Source: Marsupella aquatica (Eukaryota; Plantae; Marchantiophyta). From it: a DNA stretch of 64,000 nucleotides. The notes beneath the pieces are model-generated. The model was not told where the DNA came from. It worked only from the letters and a program-made list of their open reading frames with translations, and ran no database searches. Positions 1 through 10,576 of the stretch are shown here, piece by piece. The DNA is taken from NCBI GenBank assembly GCA_973895155.1, contig OZ316899.1, positions 14,883,934-14,947,933 of the forward strand, in the 5' to 3' direction. Position numbers and translations under genes: made by a program. Position 1 is the first letter of the stretch. Each line of letters opens with the position of its first letter.

Positions 1-1110
1 TAGTATGGGTTGTGCCGTTGTCGACAATGCAGAAATCTGGATCTTCAATATTTAATGATGAATCCAGCATATGGATTTCTGGTATAATCTATGGTGACTA
101 TAAATAAGCCCATGTGCTTCGAATTGCGATTCATCCAAGCTCTTCTTATAAAGTAGAACTAGGTGGCTAGGTGCATGGCATACCTTTTTGGTGTGCCCTT
201 TAGTTTCGCACCTGATGCATGTAATGGGATTCTCTTGTTTATAATTTGAGGTAGGTCGTTGTCGCTCCCGATTTTGTTGTTGATGATCCGCTCTGCCACT
301 CTTCCAGTTGCTTTGATTCGCATTGTTCATTCTTCCACGACCTCATCCTCTGTAGTTGGAACTGTTTCCACCTCTTTGGGAGAAATTACCTCTCCCTCTC
401 ATGGTTCCTCGGCCACGGTATGAACCTCTCCCCCTCGATGTGTATCCATTTGTATTTGTCATATTTGTTTCTGCTGTCATATCCTATGTAACTAAGTTGG
501 TTTCAGTTTTGGTTGTCACAGGAAGTGTTCCCGGAGGTCTCTCCTTTGCATTATTCATAAGGAGGATGGAATTTTGCTCTGCTAAAAGCATATGAGCAAC
601 GAGTGCCGAGTATGTTGTAAATGCCATGTTCCTGTACTGATTTGAAATCACCAAGTTAGTTGGGTGAAATGTGGCTAATGTCTTCTCGATTTGCTGTTTA
701 TCACTGACTGGTTCTCCACACATTTGGAGTTCATTTGAGATTCTAAACATCTCACTATTGTATAAATCTACTGATTTGAATTCTTGTACTCGTAGAGTTA
801 CCCAAGCCTGTAGAGCATTCGACAGATTTATTGTAGTGATATGCTCGAATCTCAATTTCAATGCATCCTAGAGTAATCTAGGATTGTATACAGTCTTATA
901 CTGGCATTTGAGAGGATCGACTAAGTGATGTCTCAGTAGTACCAAGGCTTGTGCCTTTGTGTATTGATCCACACCGACATCTGTGTGTATGGCCTCTTCA
1001 ATTCGTTTTGCCATGAGATGGACCTCCACATCTATATACCAATCATTGTAATTCTTGCCATCAATTTGCAAAGCTGGAAATAGAAGTTTTTCAATGGAGT
1101 TTGATGTCAT
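1..1110 (-). pseudogene. copia gag with RGG-rich linker and CCHC zinc knuckle, in-frame stops
   Basis: ORFs 868-1110, 484-861 and 52-330 are collinear. The stop at 868-870 replaces W (NPRLL*DALK vs NPQLLWDKLK in the 27959 ORF). Knuckle CIRCETKGHTKKVC. Confidence 0.85.
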
Positions 1111-1358
1111 TCTAGTATCAAGAATGTATAATTGTTTTTCAAATGGATGTTTGGGGAGCGGTCATGAATGTGTATCAACCTGATGTATGTTATCAAATCT
1201 GTTTTTTTAATCATCCCCGTTATCATTCCCATAAGGGTACGACGTTTTTCTAAAAGAAAAAGCCTGCATACGTTGCCCAAATGTTGACAAATTTGCATAA
1301 TTGCCAAGTATAACTGCCTTGACATTGAACGACCCCTAAAAAACAATTAAGAGCACAC

Positions 1359-1372
1359 TCGTGCTGATAACA
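1359..1372 (-). promoter_or_regulatory. Primer binding site complementary to tRNA-Ile anticodon arm (half-tRNA type)
   Basis: Minus strand TGTTATCAGCACGA immediately after LTR end ...TATAACA. Confidence 0.75.
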
Positions 1373-1509
1373 TGTTATAAACCAAATACACCAACAATGA
1401 TATGACCTTCTATTCCAAGGAGAGAATATATACATATGGTAACTCTGGTTGGAGTTAACCATGGGTTCTAACTATAGTTAGTATACCCAATCATAGTTAG
1501 GGTATAATA
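1373..1509 (-). repeat. 5' LTR (~137 bp) of Bianca-type element
   Basis: TGTTATAA terminus at 1373 next to the PBS. Other terminus degenerate (TATAATA). Layout similar to the 147-bp LTRs at 27266/32860. Confidence 0.65.
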
Positions 1510-1975
1510 GCTATGTAGATTCTGACTATGGACAAGATCTGGACTGAAGGAGATCAACAACAGGGTACATGTTCACACTTGGCAGTGGATGCATAAGTTG
1601 GAGGTCTACTTTGTATAAGTGTATTGTTCAGTCTACTACATAAGCGGAGTATGTTGCAGCAAGGAAGTAGCAAAGGAAGCTATTTGGTTGGATAGACTTA
1701 TCACTGAAATGAGATTGTCACAGGGGAATGTGAAGCTCCATTGTGATAGTCAGAGTGCGCTCCACCTTGTTGTGAACCAGGTGATGGACAGTAGAGTGAA
1801 GCACATAGACGTCAGGTACCATTTTATCAAACAGGCTGTGTCTGATAATTTGTTTGAGCTAGTCAAGATAGACGGTAAACTCAACTCAACTGACGCATTT
1901 ACCAAAGTGATTCCTTCGGAAAGTTTCTCTAGAGATCGTGATGTGCTACAGGTTTTGCAATTGCGTCACAAGTAA
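1510..1975 (+). pseudogene. Ty1/copia RNase H fragment
   Basis: YVDSDYGQDLD*RRSTTGYMFTLGSGCISWRS ... KEAIWL ... LHCDSQSALHL ... RVKHIDVRYHFI ... DAFTK. Confidence 0.9.
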
Positions 1976-1999
1976 GGGTTTTGCTTAACATTTACTGTA

Positions 2000-4900
2000 A
2001 TTACTGATATATGCCTTTGCCCAGACAAAGCATACACACAACACCAGTTACTCGCGGTAAAATCAGAGGGGAAAGACTACATTTACTCAACGAAGAATCA
2101 GTTTACATAGTTGACTCGATTTCTAAGGGGGTCAACGGGCCTAAGGCAGTCGATGCCCAGTGTCTACAAGGTCCCGCCCCGCAATTGCCCAGCAAGCTCG
2201 ACTCTGGCTCTCACTCCTTAGCGCACTCTGACCCTGCTCAGGCCGGGACTCCCCATGCCTCGCCTTTTCTTGCGCTGAGATAACTAAGCCTTCTCCCCCT
2301 CCCATAGCGGAAGGGGAAGCCTAAATACTACATTCCGGAACGGAGCCGGAAGATACTACCTCCCTAGGGTAATGCCTACTGACTAACTACCTTCTGACTA
2401 ACCAGCCGCACTACCTCTGACCGGCTGACCGTCTGACCGGCTGACCGTCAGTGGTAAGGGGCGCTGACCGGGGTGGCAGTGGCTAAGTCTACTGACCAAA
2501 ATCTAGTCCGTCGATGGACTCTATCCTACGTCGGCTAATCCTAACTGATCCTGTCCTAATTCTTCTTACTACACCGCTAATTGGCGTCTAATGATAGCTA
2601 TTCTGTCGTTAAGCCTAATCAAAAAGATGTTGCTGACTCAACTACCTGGCGCGGCGCCAGCTCACACCCTTTGCTAACCACCCCTTACGTGCGTGCTATG
2701 GTCGGGCCAGGGTTTGTCCCCTTGTCGGGGCGAGACCTCCAGCCGCCTTGATCAGAGGTGGGCCCAGGTCTTGCCCGCTGGAGGACGAGCAGGGTAATGC
2801 GGTCCTGCAAGGCCTTGTTATCCTATACTGCCTCCTCTACCTTGTTCGTAGCTTCATCAGCCTCGGTCTGGAGCCGTGCTACCTCTAGGCTGAGCTGGCC
2901 GATGGAGTCACGATGGGTCTGGTTCTGTGCCAGCAATTTATCCCGCTTGGCAGAGAGACAAGCCACTTGTTGAGCTGACTACAAGAGTTGGTTATTGAGG
3001 TCGGTCAGGCTGGTAACCCGAGCCGAGGATTCTGAGCGCAACTGAAGTACGGTGTCGTCCAGCTTCTTGAGATCTGCTTGCCCCCCGCTCAACTCCTGGT
3101 TTAGTCCATCCCGCTGTTCAACGGTGCGGACTAACTTTTCACGGCAGGTAGTGGCCTCCTCTTCAAGGTGTTCTACTAGCATTTGGAGGCGCCCAATCTT
3201 GTTCCCCTTTGCCATGAGTTCCTCCTCCAAGCGGCTTACGATCCGTGGTTGGTGCTCTAACATGAAGAAGGTTGGTTGAAAGTACGCCGAGACCTGTTGC
3301 CCGATGTACGTCGCCAGCTCCCCTGACATAGTCTGGCTAAACTTCTGGACCAGGTCGTAGGCCATGGTCCCTGGGGCTACTTGGTAGTCCTCCATCCTCT
3401 TGGGCACCGATGGTTCCTCGGGCGGGGCGACGAGATCCTCCGTGGTCTGCAATGGGGAGGGGAAGGTTTCTTCAGGGGGTGGAGGGATTGGGGGTAGTTG
3501 TACCAGGGGCAGCGGAGGCTTGACGGAAGGGGGTGGTGGAGTATTAATCGGGGCCATGGGCTTAGAGTTTGCCCGAGGTGCGGTTGTTTGCTCGCTCGTG
3601 GTCGCCTCCTCCAGAGCGGGGGTGACATTAGTCGGGGCTGAGGTGGCCATGTTCTTTCCCCTGGCCTCTCGCCGCGCTTTGTACCAGGCGAGGATGATGG
3701 CAATGTGACTTCCCAGGTAGGTCCTTCCCCTGATAGCCATACCTCCTTGAGCCCGCTTAAGCTCCCCCGAGATAGTCCGCGTGGTCGGGTTTCTTGATCG
3801 CCGTCTAGACTACCTCGGGGATGCGGATTACCTGTAATAAGTTAGGTTGTTGATTATCCAAGGGCCGTTGGGTCTGGTTGGTCCGGGGGTTGGTCGGGGC
3901 AGGTGCAGGGGCGGTGTTGGTTTGCGTTGTCGGCTTGGGGGCCGGCGTCGTCCTTGCCCTTTTGAGAACGCTGCTCAAGCTATGGACTAACACACTCGGA
4001 ACCCGAGGAACACTTGGTGTTGTTCACGGGACGGACTTGGGACCGGTTCGGCGGTAGGTCGGTGGTCATCGGCTGAGGGGCTGGGGGTGGTGTCGGGGTA
4101 GCCATATCCCAGTTGAAGGCATTGGAGCTTTCCCCGAGGAACGTAAGATTGTGCGCCGCTTCCCGTTGTCTGCTGATGTCTTCTTCACGCTTCTTGGCTG
4201 CAATCTGCTGGTCGATGTATCCCGGGATTTTGTCAAACTCCATTGGAGTCAGCCTCTAGCTGCCCCTCAGCCTAAGGAACTTTGCGGGGACTTCAAGAAT
4301 CGCCTCTGCTACCGATCTAAACCCCTCCTTGCTGATATATAACTCGGTGATGTAGTCCCACAGCTTGTTGTAGCTGGAATCCTTGGTGATGGCTGTCTTC
4401 TCACAGTTAACTTGTGCTACCTTAGCCACCAACTTTGCGTACCTTTGTTCGTAAGCGGCTTTCTCGGGGCAAGAATACCAGTAAGTCTTGGAAGACTTAC
4501 CCGTTCCCGCCCGACAATTTCTCTTGCTGGTGGCGGCCTTACTTGCCCTGACTAAATCCCGCCACAATCCGCTCTTGCCCTTTGATAATTTCCTTGTAAA
4601 AGTTAGCTCAATTCGAGCAAAAGGTGAGAGGGAATGGCAGCGTCCACGAATTCTGAAAGGTATGATCGAGAAAATGGGCCGCAGCGCCATCGACTCAGCT
4701 TTTATGGGGGGTGCCAGGGTGAGCTTGAGCGTGAGAAGGTGAGGCCGTTTTGGTCATTGATAGTGGCCCAAAGTTGGGTGTCTCGGTCCAAGCGTGATCT
4801 CCTAACAGATTTTTACTCTGCCGCCGCCACTGTACCTTGGTCAATCGTAATAATCCCCTTTCCTTAATTCATAATCATTTAGTCAACTAACCTACTCCTA

Positions 4901-5023
4901 ATCTATTCATAATGGTAAAGATGGCTATTCGTGCTACTCTACACTATGGCTACGGTCCTAATGACCGTATAAGTCCTAATCTAGGACCCGCGTTTGGTTA
5001 AGTAACACGTTATCCGTGTCACA
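2000..5023 (-). repeat. 3' LTR of gypsy element (>3 kb, distal end truncated), containing an ORF
   Basis: Starts TGTGACAC at 5023 (minus), 3 nt after a purine tract. Distal part repeated upstream of gag/PR. Homologous in content to TSD-bounded units 9519-13518 and 48223-51927. Confidence 0.7.
2700..4690 (-). pseudogene. LTR-borne accessory ORF (coiled-coil C-terminus), degenerate, central domain deleted near 3780
   Basis: GRTYLGSHIAIILAWY ~ GKAYFASHIEIILEWY; VAPGTMAYDLVQKFSQ ~ FVPGTFLNELLGDFSH; EAILEVPAKFLRLRGS ~ EALLRLPDEVFNIPGT of the 824-aa ORF. Confidence 0.8.
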
Positions 5024-8000
5024 TAGCTCCCCACTCAAGTGTGAAGCGTCCTCGTGAACATCATTACGCTTGTCCTCCTGGTGAAAGTACTTCTTCACAC
5101 GATCGTAACTAACTCGATTGAGAAAGAGGTCATCGGCGTACGTTGATAGCTGTAGGGATCCGTTCGGGTAAATCTGCTGGACAATAAAAGGCCCCAGCCA
5201 GTGTGTGTGCAACTTTCTTGGAAAGTACATGTACCTGCTATTGTACAACAGGATGAGATCTCCCTTAGCGACGTCCACCTGGCGCAGTCCTTTGTCATGC
5301 TATTTCTTTGTTGCTTCCTACTTTGCAGCCACGCGTCGCGACGCCCACAGCCTCTTTTCTTCTAGATTGTCAATTTGATATGCTCGATTGGACAAACTAG
5401 CATCCTCTGGTAACCTATGGCGGATGCTCACCCGCGGAGTCTCAACTTTGAACTCGACGGGTACGAGCGCATGTTGTCCGAAGACTAAGAAATACGGACT
5501 ATGATTTGTAGTAGTCTTAAATGCCAAATTGTATGAATAGACCGCCGCAAAAATCTTGTCATCCCAGTCCGTTTTGTGGGCGGCTACGGTTTTGTTGAGG
5601 ATTTTTCCCACAATGCCATTAGCCCGCTCCGCTAGTCCGTTACATTTGGGGTGATATGGAGTAGTCTTCCTGTGTTTGACGAGGTAATGGTTAGTCAGTT
5701 TTTCGACCATTTCGTTCAAAAAATGAGTCCTGCGGTCGCTGACTAACTCCAAGGGGGGTCCAAAATGGGTGAAGATCTGTTTGTACAAGAACTTGGCGGT
5801 GGTGGCCGCGTCATCTTTGACCGTTGCCCGGGCCTCTACCCACTTAGTTGAATAGTCGATAGCAAGAAGAATGTACCGGCAATGCCGACCTCGGGTTACA
5901 GGAGTGAATGGCCCAATATAATCAATGCCCCATTTCTCAAACGGGGCAAGAGGAAAGATTGGGGTAAGAGGGTGATTACCCGATCTGCGGGGTTTGCCCG
6001 CGTGTTGACACAAGTCGCAACCTTGGATGAAATGGGCTACGTCATGATGAAGCGTAGGCCACCAGTAACCTGCGTCCAAGATCTTGTGAGCCGTGGTTAC
6101 TGGGGTGAAGTGTCCCCCTGCTTCCTCCTCGTGCATAGCTCGCATGACAATTATCATTTCATTATACTCTAGACATCTGCAAATCTTCCCATCAACGCCT
6201 TCCTTATGTAGATGTGCGCGTATCATCATGTACGATGCCACCTTATGCAGGAAGACTGATGCGGCCTCCTGGTTAATGTTACTTGGAATGCGGGCAGTTA
6301 AGAGAAAGGTGATTAGGTCCTCGTACCACGTTGGTTGGTCCGTTTCCACGCGGAATAACTCTTCATTAGGAAATGCATCATCCACAGGTGCTTTGTCCGA
6401 TTCCCCCTCAATTCTTGAGAAGAAGTCCGCATTCACGTGTGCCTTCCCAGGTCGTACCCTGACTTTGTAGTCAAATTCTTGGAGTAGTAGGACCCAAGAA
6501 GCTATTCTCCCCGTCAAGTTGGCTTTGTTTACCATGTACTTCAGGCTGTCATGGTCAGTATGGAAAACTACCTTATATCCCAATAGATAATGGCAAAAAC
6601 TTTTACACGAGTAGATGATCCCCAAGGCCTCCCGATTGGTGGGCAAATAGTTTTTCTCTGTTGCAAACAGTTGTCGGCTTGCATAGTAAATGGGGGGTGG
6701 TGGCGTTTCTCGTCGTCCATTTGGCTCAGGACTGACCCGATGCAAAACCCAGATACGTCGACATACACATGGAACTCCTTGTTCCAATCGGGGGTAGTCA
6801 AGATCGGAGCCATAGTTAGCCATTTTTTTAGTTCGTCAAAGGCTGCTACTCGTTGGGGAGTCATTTTGATGACTGCGTCTTGCTTCATCATTTTTGTGAG
6901 GGGTAGGGCTATTTTGGCAAAATCCTGAATGAATTGCCGGTAGTACCCTACGCAGCCTAAGAAGGATCGCACCGCCTTCTGGTCTGTTGGGTAAGGGACA
7001 TTCATCCATGCGGCCACCTTTTCTTGGTCCACCTCGATCCCTCGGTTGGATACTCAGTGTCCTAGCAGCACTCCTTCTGTTACCCCAAAGAAGCTTTTAC
7101 CTGGGTGTAACTTCAAACCTACTTCTTGGCATCGCTCAAAAGTCCGCCTCAGGTGTTCTAGGTGTTGAGCGATTGTTTCGAAGATGGCAAAATTGTCTAT
7201 GAACACCTCCAAAAATTCTCGTAAGAAATCATGAAAAATATTCATAATGATTTGCTGGAACATAGCCGGGGCATTGCATAAGCCAAAGGGCATCCGTCTG
7301 AACGCGTAGGTTCCCCACTCCGTTATGAACGTGGTTTTGAGCTGGTCCGATAGTCTGATCCAAATCTGGTTATAACCCGAATATCCATCCAGGAAGGTGT
7401 ATACCTCATTTCGGGCTACCATGTCAAGAACCATATCCGTGTAAGGAAGTGGGTAATGGTCTTTCTGAGTGGCATCGTTGAGCTTCCGGTAATCCTGGCA
7501 TATTCGAATCTTAGGTTTACCATCGGGCCCTACCTTCTTAGGAACCACCACAATGGGGGACACCCATTTGCTAGATAAGACGGGGTCCGCCATGATCAGT
7601 TGATCTAACTCCTCCTTTACCAAGATGGAATGTCTTGGATTTAGTCTTCATTGTCTCTCTTGGACGGCATGAGCACCCAAGTTCAGATCAATGACGTGTT
7701 TGCCGTAGGCCGGTGAAATTCCGGTTAGGTCTCGGTGACTCCATGCAAAGACGTCCTCATACTCTGATAGGAGTTCTTGGATAGCCTTTTCCTTCGGGGC
7801 TCGTAGGCCATAACCCACGTTGAATGTCCTCTCCCTCCTTGTGGTGTACTTGCTATAGTGCTCCTTGCGGATTACATCCACGTGGTCTCTGGTGGCCCGG
7901 TCAAGATGGTGTTTCAATTCCTCGAGTCGGGTGCCATCGTAGACCACGGGTTCCCAGACCGTCGGTTGCTTTTTGGGGAGCTCCCTGGGTTCTTCCTCCA

Positions 8001-9390
8001 TTACGGACGGCACCTCGGGGCTCCATGTAACTTTCTTTCTTTTGAGTGGAGTGGTAGCCATGGTAGCGCTCTCCTTGAGTATACCCGACACGGTGCCCTG
8101 GCCAACGACCTCCGTAGGGCTCGGTAGTACGGGGGATTCTTGACCCGCTACTTGCTTATCACTTAATGGCATCCCTGGCGCCTCGGTCGGGGCTACTGGT
8201 CTGGGCTGGTTTAGAATATGGGCCTCTCGAGTGGCATTTACCCCAAAGACTTCCTCTTCGTCAAGCCAAGAGATTAGCTCCACCATATTTACCTCTTCTT
8301 CTGAGATTTCCTCCTCCAAGTCATATTCTTTGGGACCCTAGGGTGTTTCGCCCTGATAGTCCTCTTCCTTCCATGATACCGTCGTAGTTGGGTTACCGAA
8401 TTGTAACTCCTTCTTTCCCCAGTCAGTAATGACTCGGGCACCGTATAATCAGGGTCTGCCCAACACTACTGGGTAAGTCGACAGACGGACTGGTCGCATT
8501 ACCAGGTAATTTAGAAAAAACTTGAGGCCTCCAATCCACGTGGATATCTTGGTCAACGTTCCCAACGGCATGATTCGGGCACCGTTTGCTAATCGAATGG
8601 CGCGGGCCGTAGGTTGATATGAGGTATATCCCAACCTCACGGAAGTGTCTTCTGTCGTGATATTTACTCCGGACCCGCCATCTACCGGTACAAACTGAAC
8701 AGTACAGCTTGCTATCTCAATAGAAACCTCAGGCGCCCCTAAGTCCTGGTAAATCATCATACAATCGGCTAAGGTGCTTACCCAAGGGAGCCGTCTCCGT
8801 CTCTTTCCTATTAACATCTCCTTGAGTTGTTGCCGATACTTTGGGTTATCCTACAACAGTTGTCTGACAGTGGCCGTGGTTGCACAATTTTGAACGTCCT
8901 TTTTGATGTCGTATTGGTTAGTCGGTGGGGTCGCAGATTTTAACGCTTCTGCTGCCTTGACTTGAGCTTCCAAGGCAGTCTTAGCTTCCTCAGCTTTTTC
9001 TGCCGCCTTAGCATCGGCAATATCCTTTTTAGTGGATTTTTTGTGCTCTTGGGCCTCATAGGCTTCCAATTGCTTTTTGACCAGCTCCTCTACTCGCGGA
9101 TAAAACAACTTTGGGTGATCCCGCTGGTAGTCCTCCTGCTCTTCCAATTCTATCAGACTATGCTTATCCGCGACTACGTCTCTTTGCTTGTCATCTTTCC
9201 AAGCCCGTCCTTCTGCGTACTTGTCCTTCTTACGGGATGATCGGGTAGAAACGGGGTAACATTCATCGTCCGCGTGCGCTCCCGGTTGCTCGATTGCTTC
9301 TATTAGATCGATCCACTCGATGGCATTGTCCTGCCATTCCATCATTACCATCTGCACCACCGCATCCGTAGTCGGTGGTGTTGCGGGTAG
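4976..9390 (-). pseudogene. gypsy gag C-terminus, protease, reverse transcriptase, RNase H, integrase (stops and frameshifts)
   Basis: PR VPVDGGSGVN; RT ICQDYRKLN, FLDGYSGYNQI, MPFGLCNAP, VFIDNF; RH FHVYVDVS, HTDHDSL; INT H..GGH..C..C, GIDYIGP, VSDRRTHF, GLAERAN, WLGPF. Confidence 0.93.
5027..5036 (-). promoter_or_regulatory. Polypurine tract of gypsy element
   Basis: GAGTGGGGAG on minus strand just before TGTGACAC, after the integrase GPF region. Confidence 0.6.
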
Positions 9391-9518
9391 AGTAGACTCG
9401 ACTTCTAAGGGGGTCAGCGGGCCTAAGGCAGTCGATGCCCAGTCTCTACAAGGTCCCGCCCTGCACTTGCCCAGCAAGCTCGACTCTGGCTCTCACTCCT
9501 TAGTGCATTCTGACCCTG
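9391..9518 (-). repeat. Remnant of gypsy 5' LTR (part 1; part 2 at 13519-13676)
   Basis: Near-identical to 2110-2236; fused directly to late gag by a deletion. Confidence 0.85.
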
Positions 9519-10576
9519 TGTCACGTCATCGGCTGCGGCCTTAACTCAGACTTCAGCTTAGACGGGCACATCCCTCGTAAATCTGAGGGTTCGGGCAGGA
9601 AGGGAAGCACGTAATGCACCTTATTCTTGTAAACTAGCGCTAAGTGCGCATACTGCTAAATACGGACACCTCCTAGGTATGGTATGTGTTCCGCCGCCGG
9701 AACGTACCTTAGTCGATAGCAGGATCGACCCCGGCTTAAGGGCTTCTAAGCCTTCGTGCTGTCCGCCTTCGATCCGGATTCGATGATACAGGTCCTCAAC
9801 CTGTGCTCGCAACCACTTACCCGTAGGCTGCACCCTGTGCACGTCTCGGGTAGTGCGTTCGGCCTGGCGTTGCCACCCATATACGAGAAACCCACACACA
9901 TACACGCGCACATGCATACAATCTCGATTTACACGAAGGAAAATGATGGGAAAGGATTTTACTACAAAGGGAACATATGCGTACACTTAGTTGACCCGAC
10001 AGCCCCGGAATGAACAGGTTCAAGGCCGAGGGTGCACATTACAACGGAGCCCGGCTCCGCACTCGCCCGACGAGCTTAGTCCTACCCCCTCCCCTTGGTA
10101 CTCTTTCATTCCCAGAGGTCGAGACTCCCCGCACATACCGCGGACACCCAACTCTGCAACTAAAAACCCCCCTTGCCTCTACCGAGGGGTGCACTAAATA
10201 CTAAGGGACGGGGTGTCCTCTCGCCGAAGATTTGCTGACTAAGGTCCTAACTAAGCTGACAGTCAGGCTGGAAAATGGCTGTGTCTTATTAGAAGATCCT
10301 AATCTACGCAAGCTGGACAGCACGGCAGCGCTGCTGTACCTAAGGCAGGTGCCTGTCCCAAGAGCCTGACTAAGCCAGTCCTAATCCTAATCTATTCCTA
10401 CTCCGCTGCTAATGTCTGGCACGCTTGCCAGAGCCGCCCGAATGGGAGCGGCCATCCCGCTACCTTCGAAGCCTGTCATTGTCCGCCTTGAGGAGCTGGA
10501 CCTGGTCTAGCAGAGATTCGTTCTCTCGCCTCGCCGCGTCCGTCTCCTCTGCTGCCTCTTGACAAGCCTCCTCCAG

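Larger units (their letters stand above)
1..1509 (-). mobile_element. Ty1/copia LTR retrotransposon, Bianca-type, 5' part (continues beyond window start), degenerate
   Basis: Short LTR at 1373-1509, half-tRNA-Ile-type PBS at 1359-1372, and gag (IEKLLFPALQIDGKNY...) homologous to the element at 27266-33006. Inserted into a copia RNase H region. Confidence 0.85.

Noticed and set aside
1359-1372. tRNA-Ile gene fragment
   Set aside because: Only a 14-nt match abutting an LTR, i.e. a PBS; no cloverleaf.
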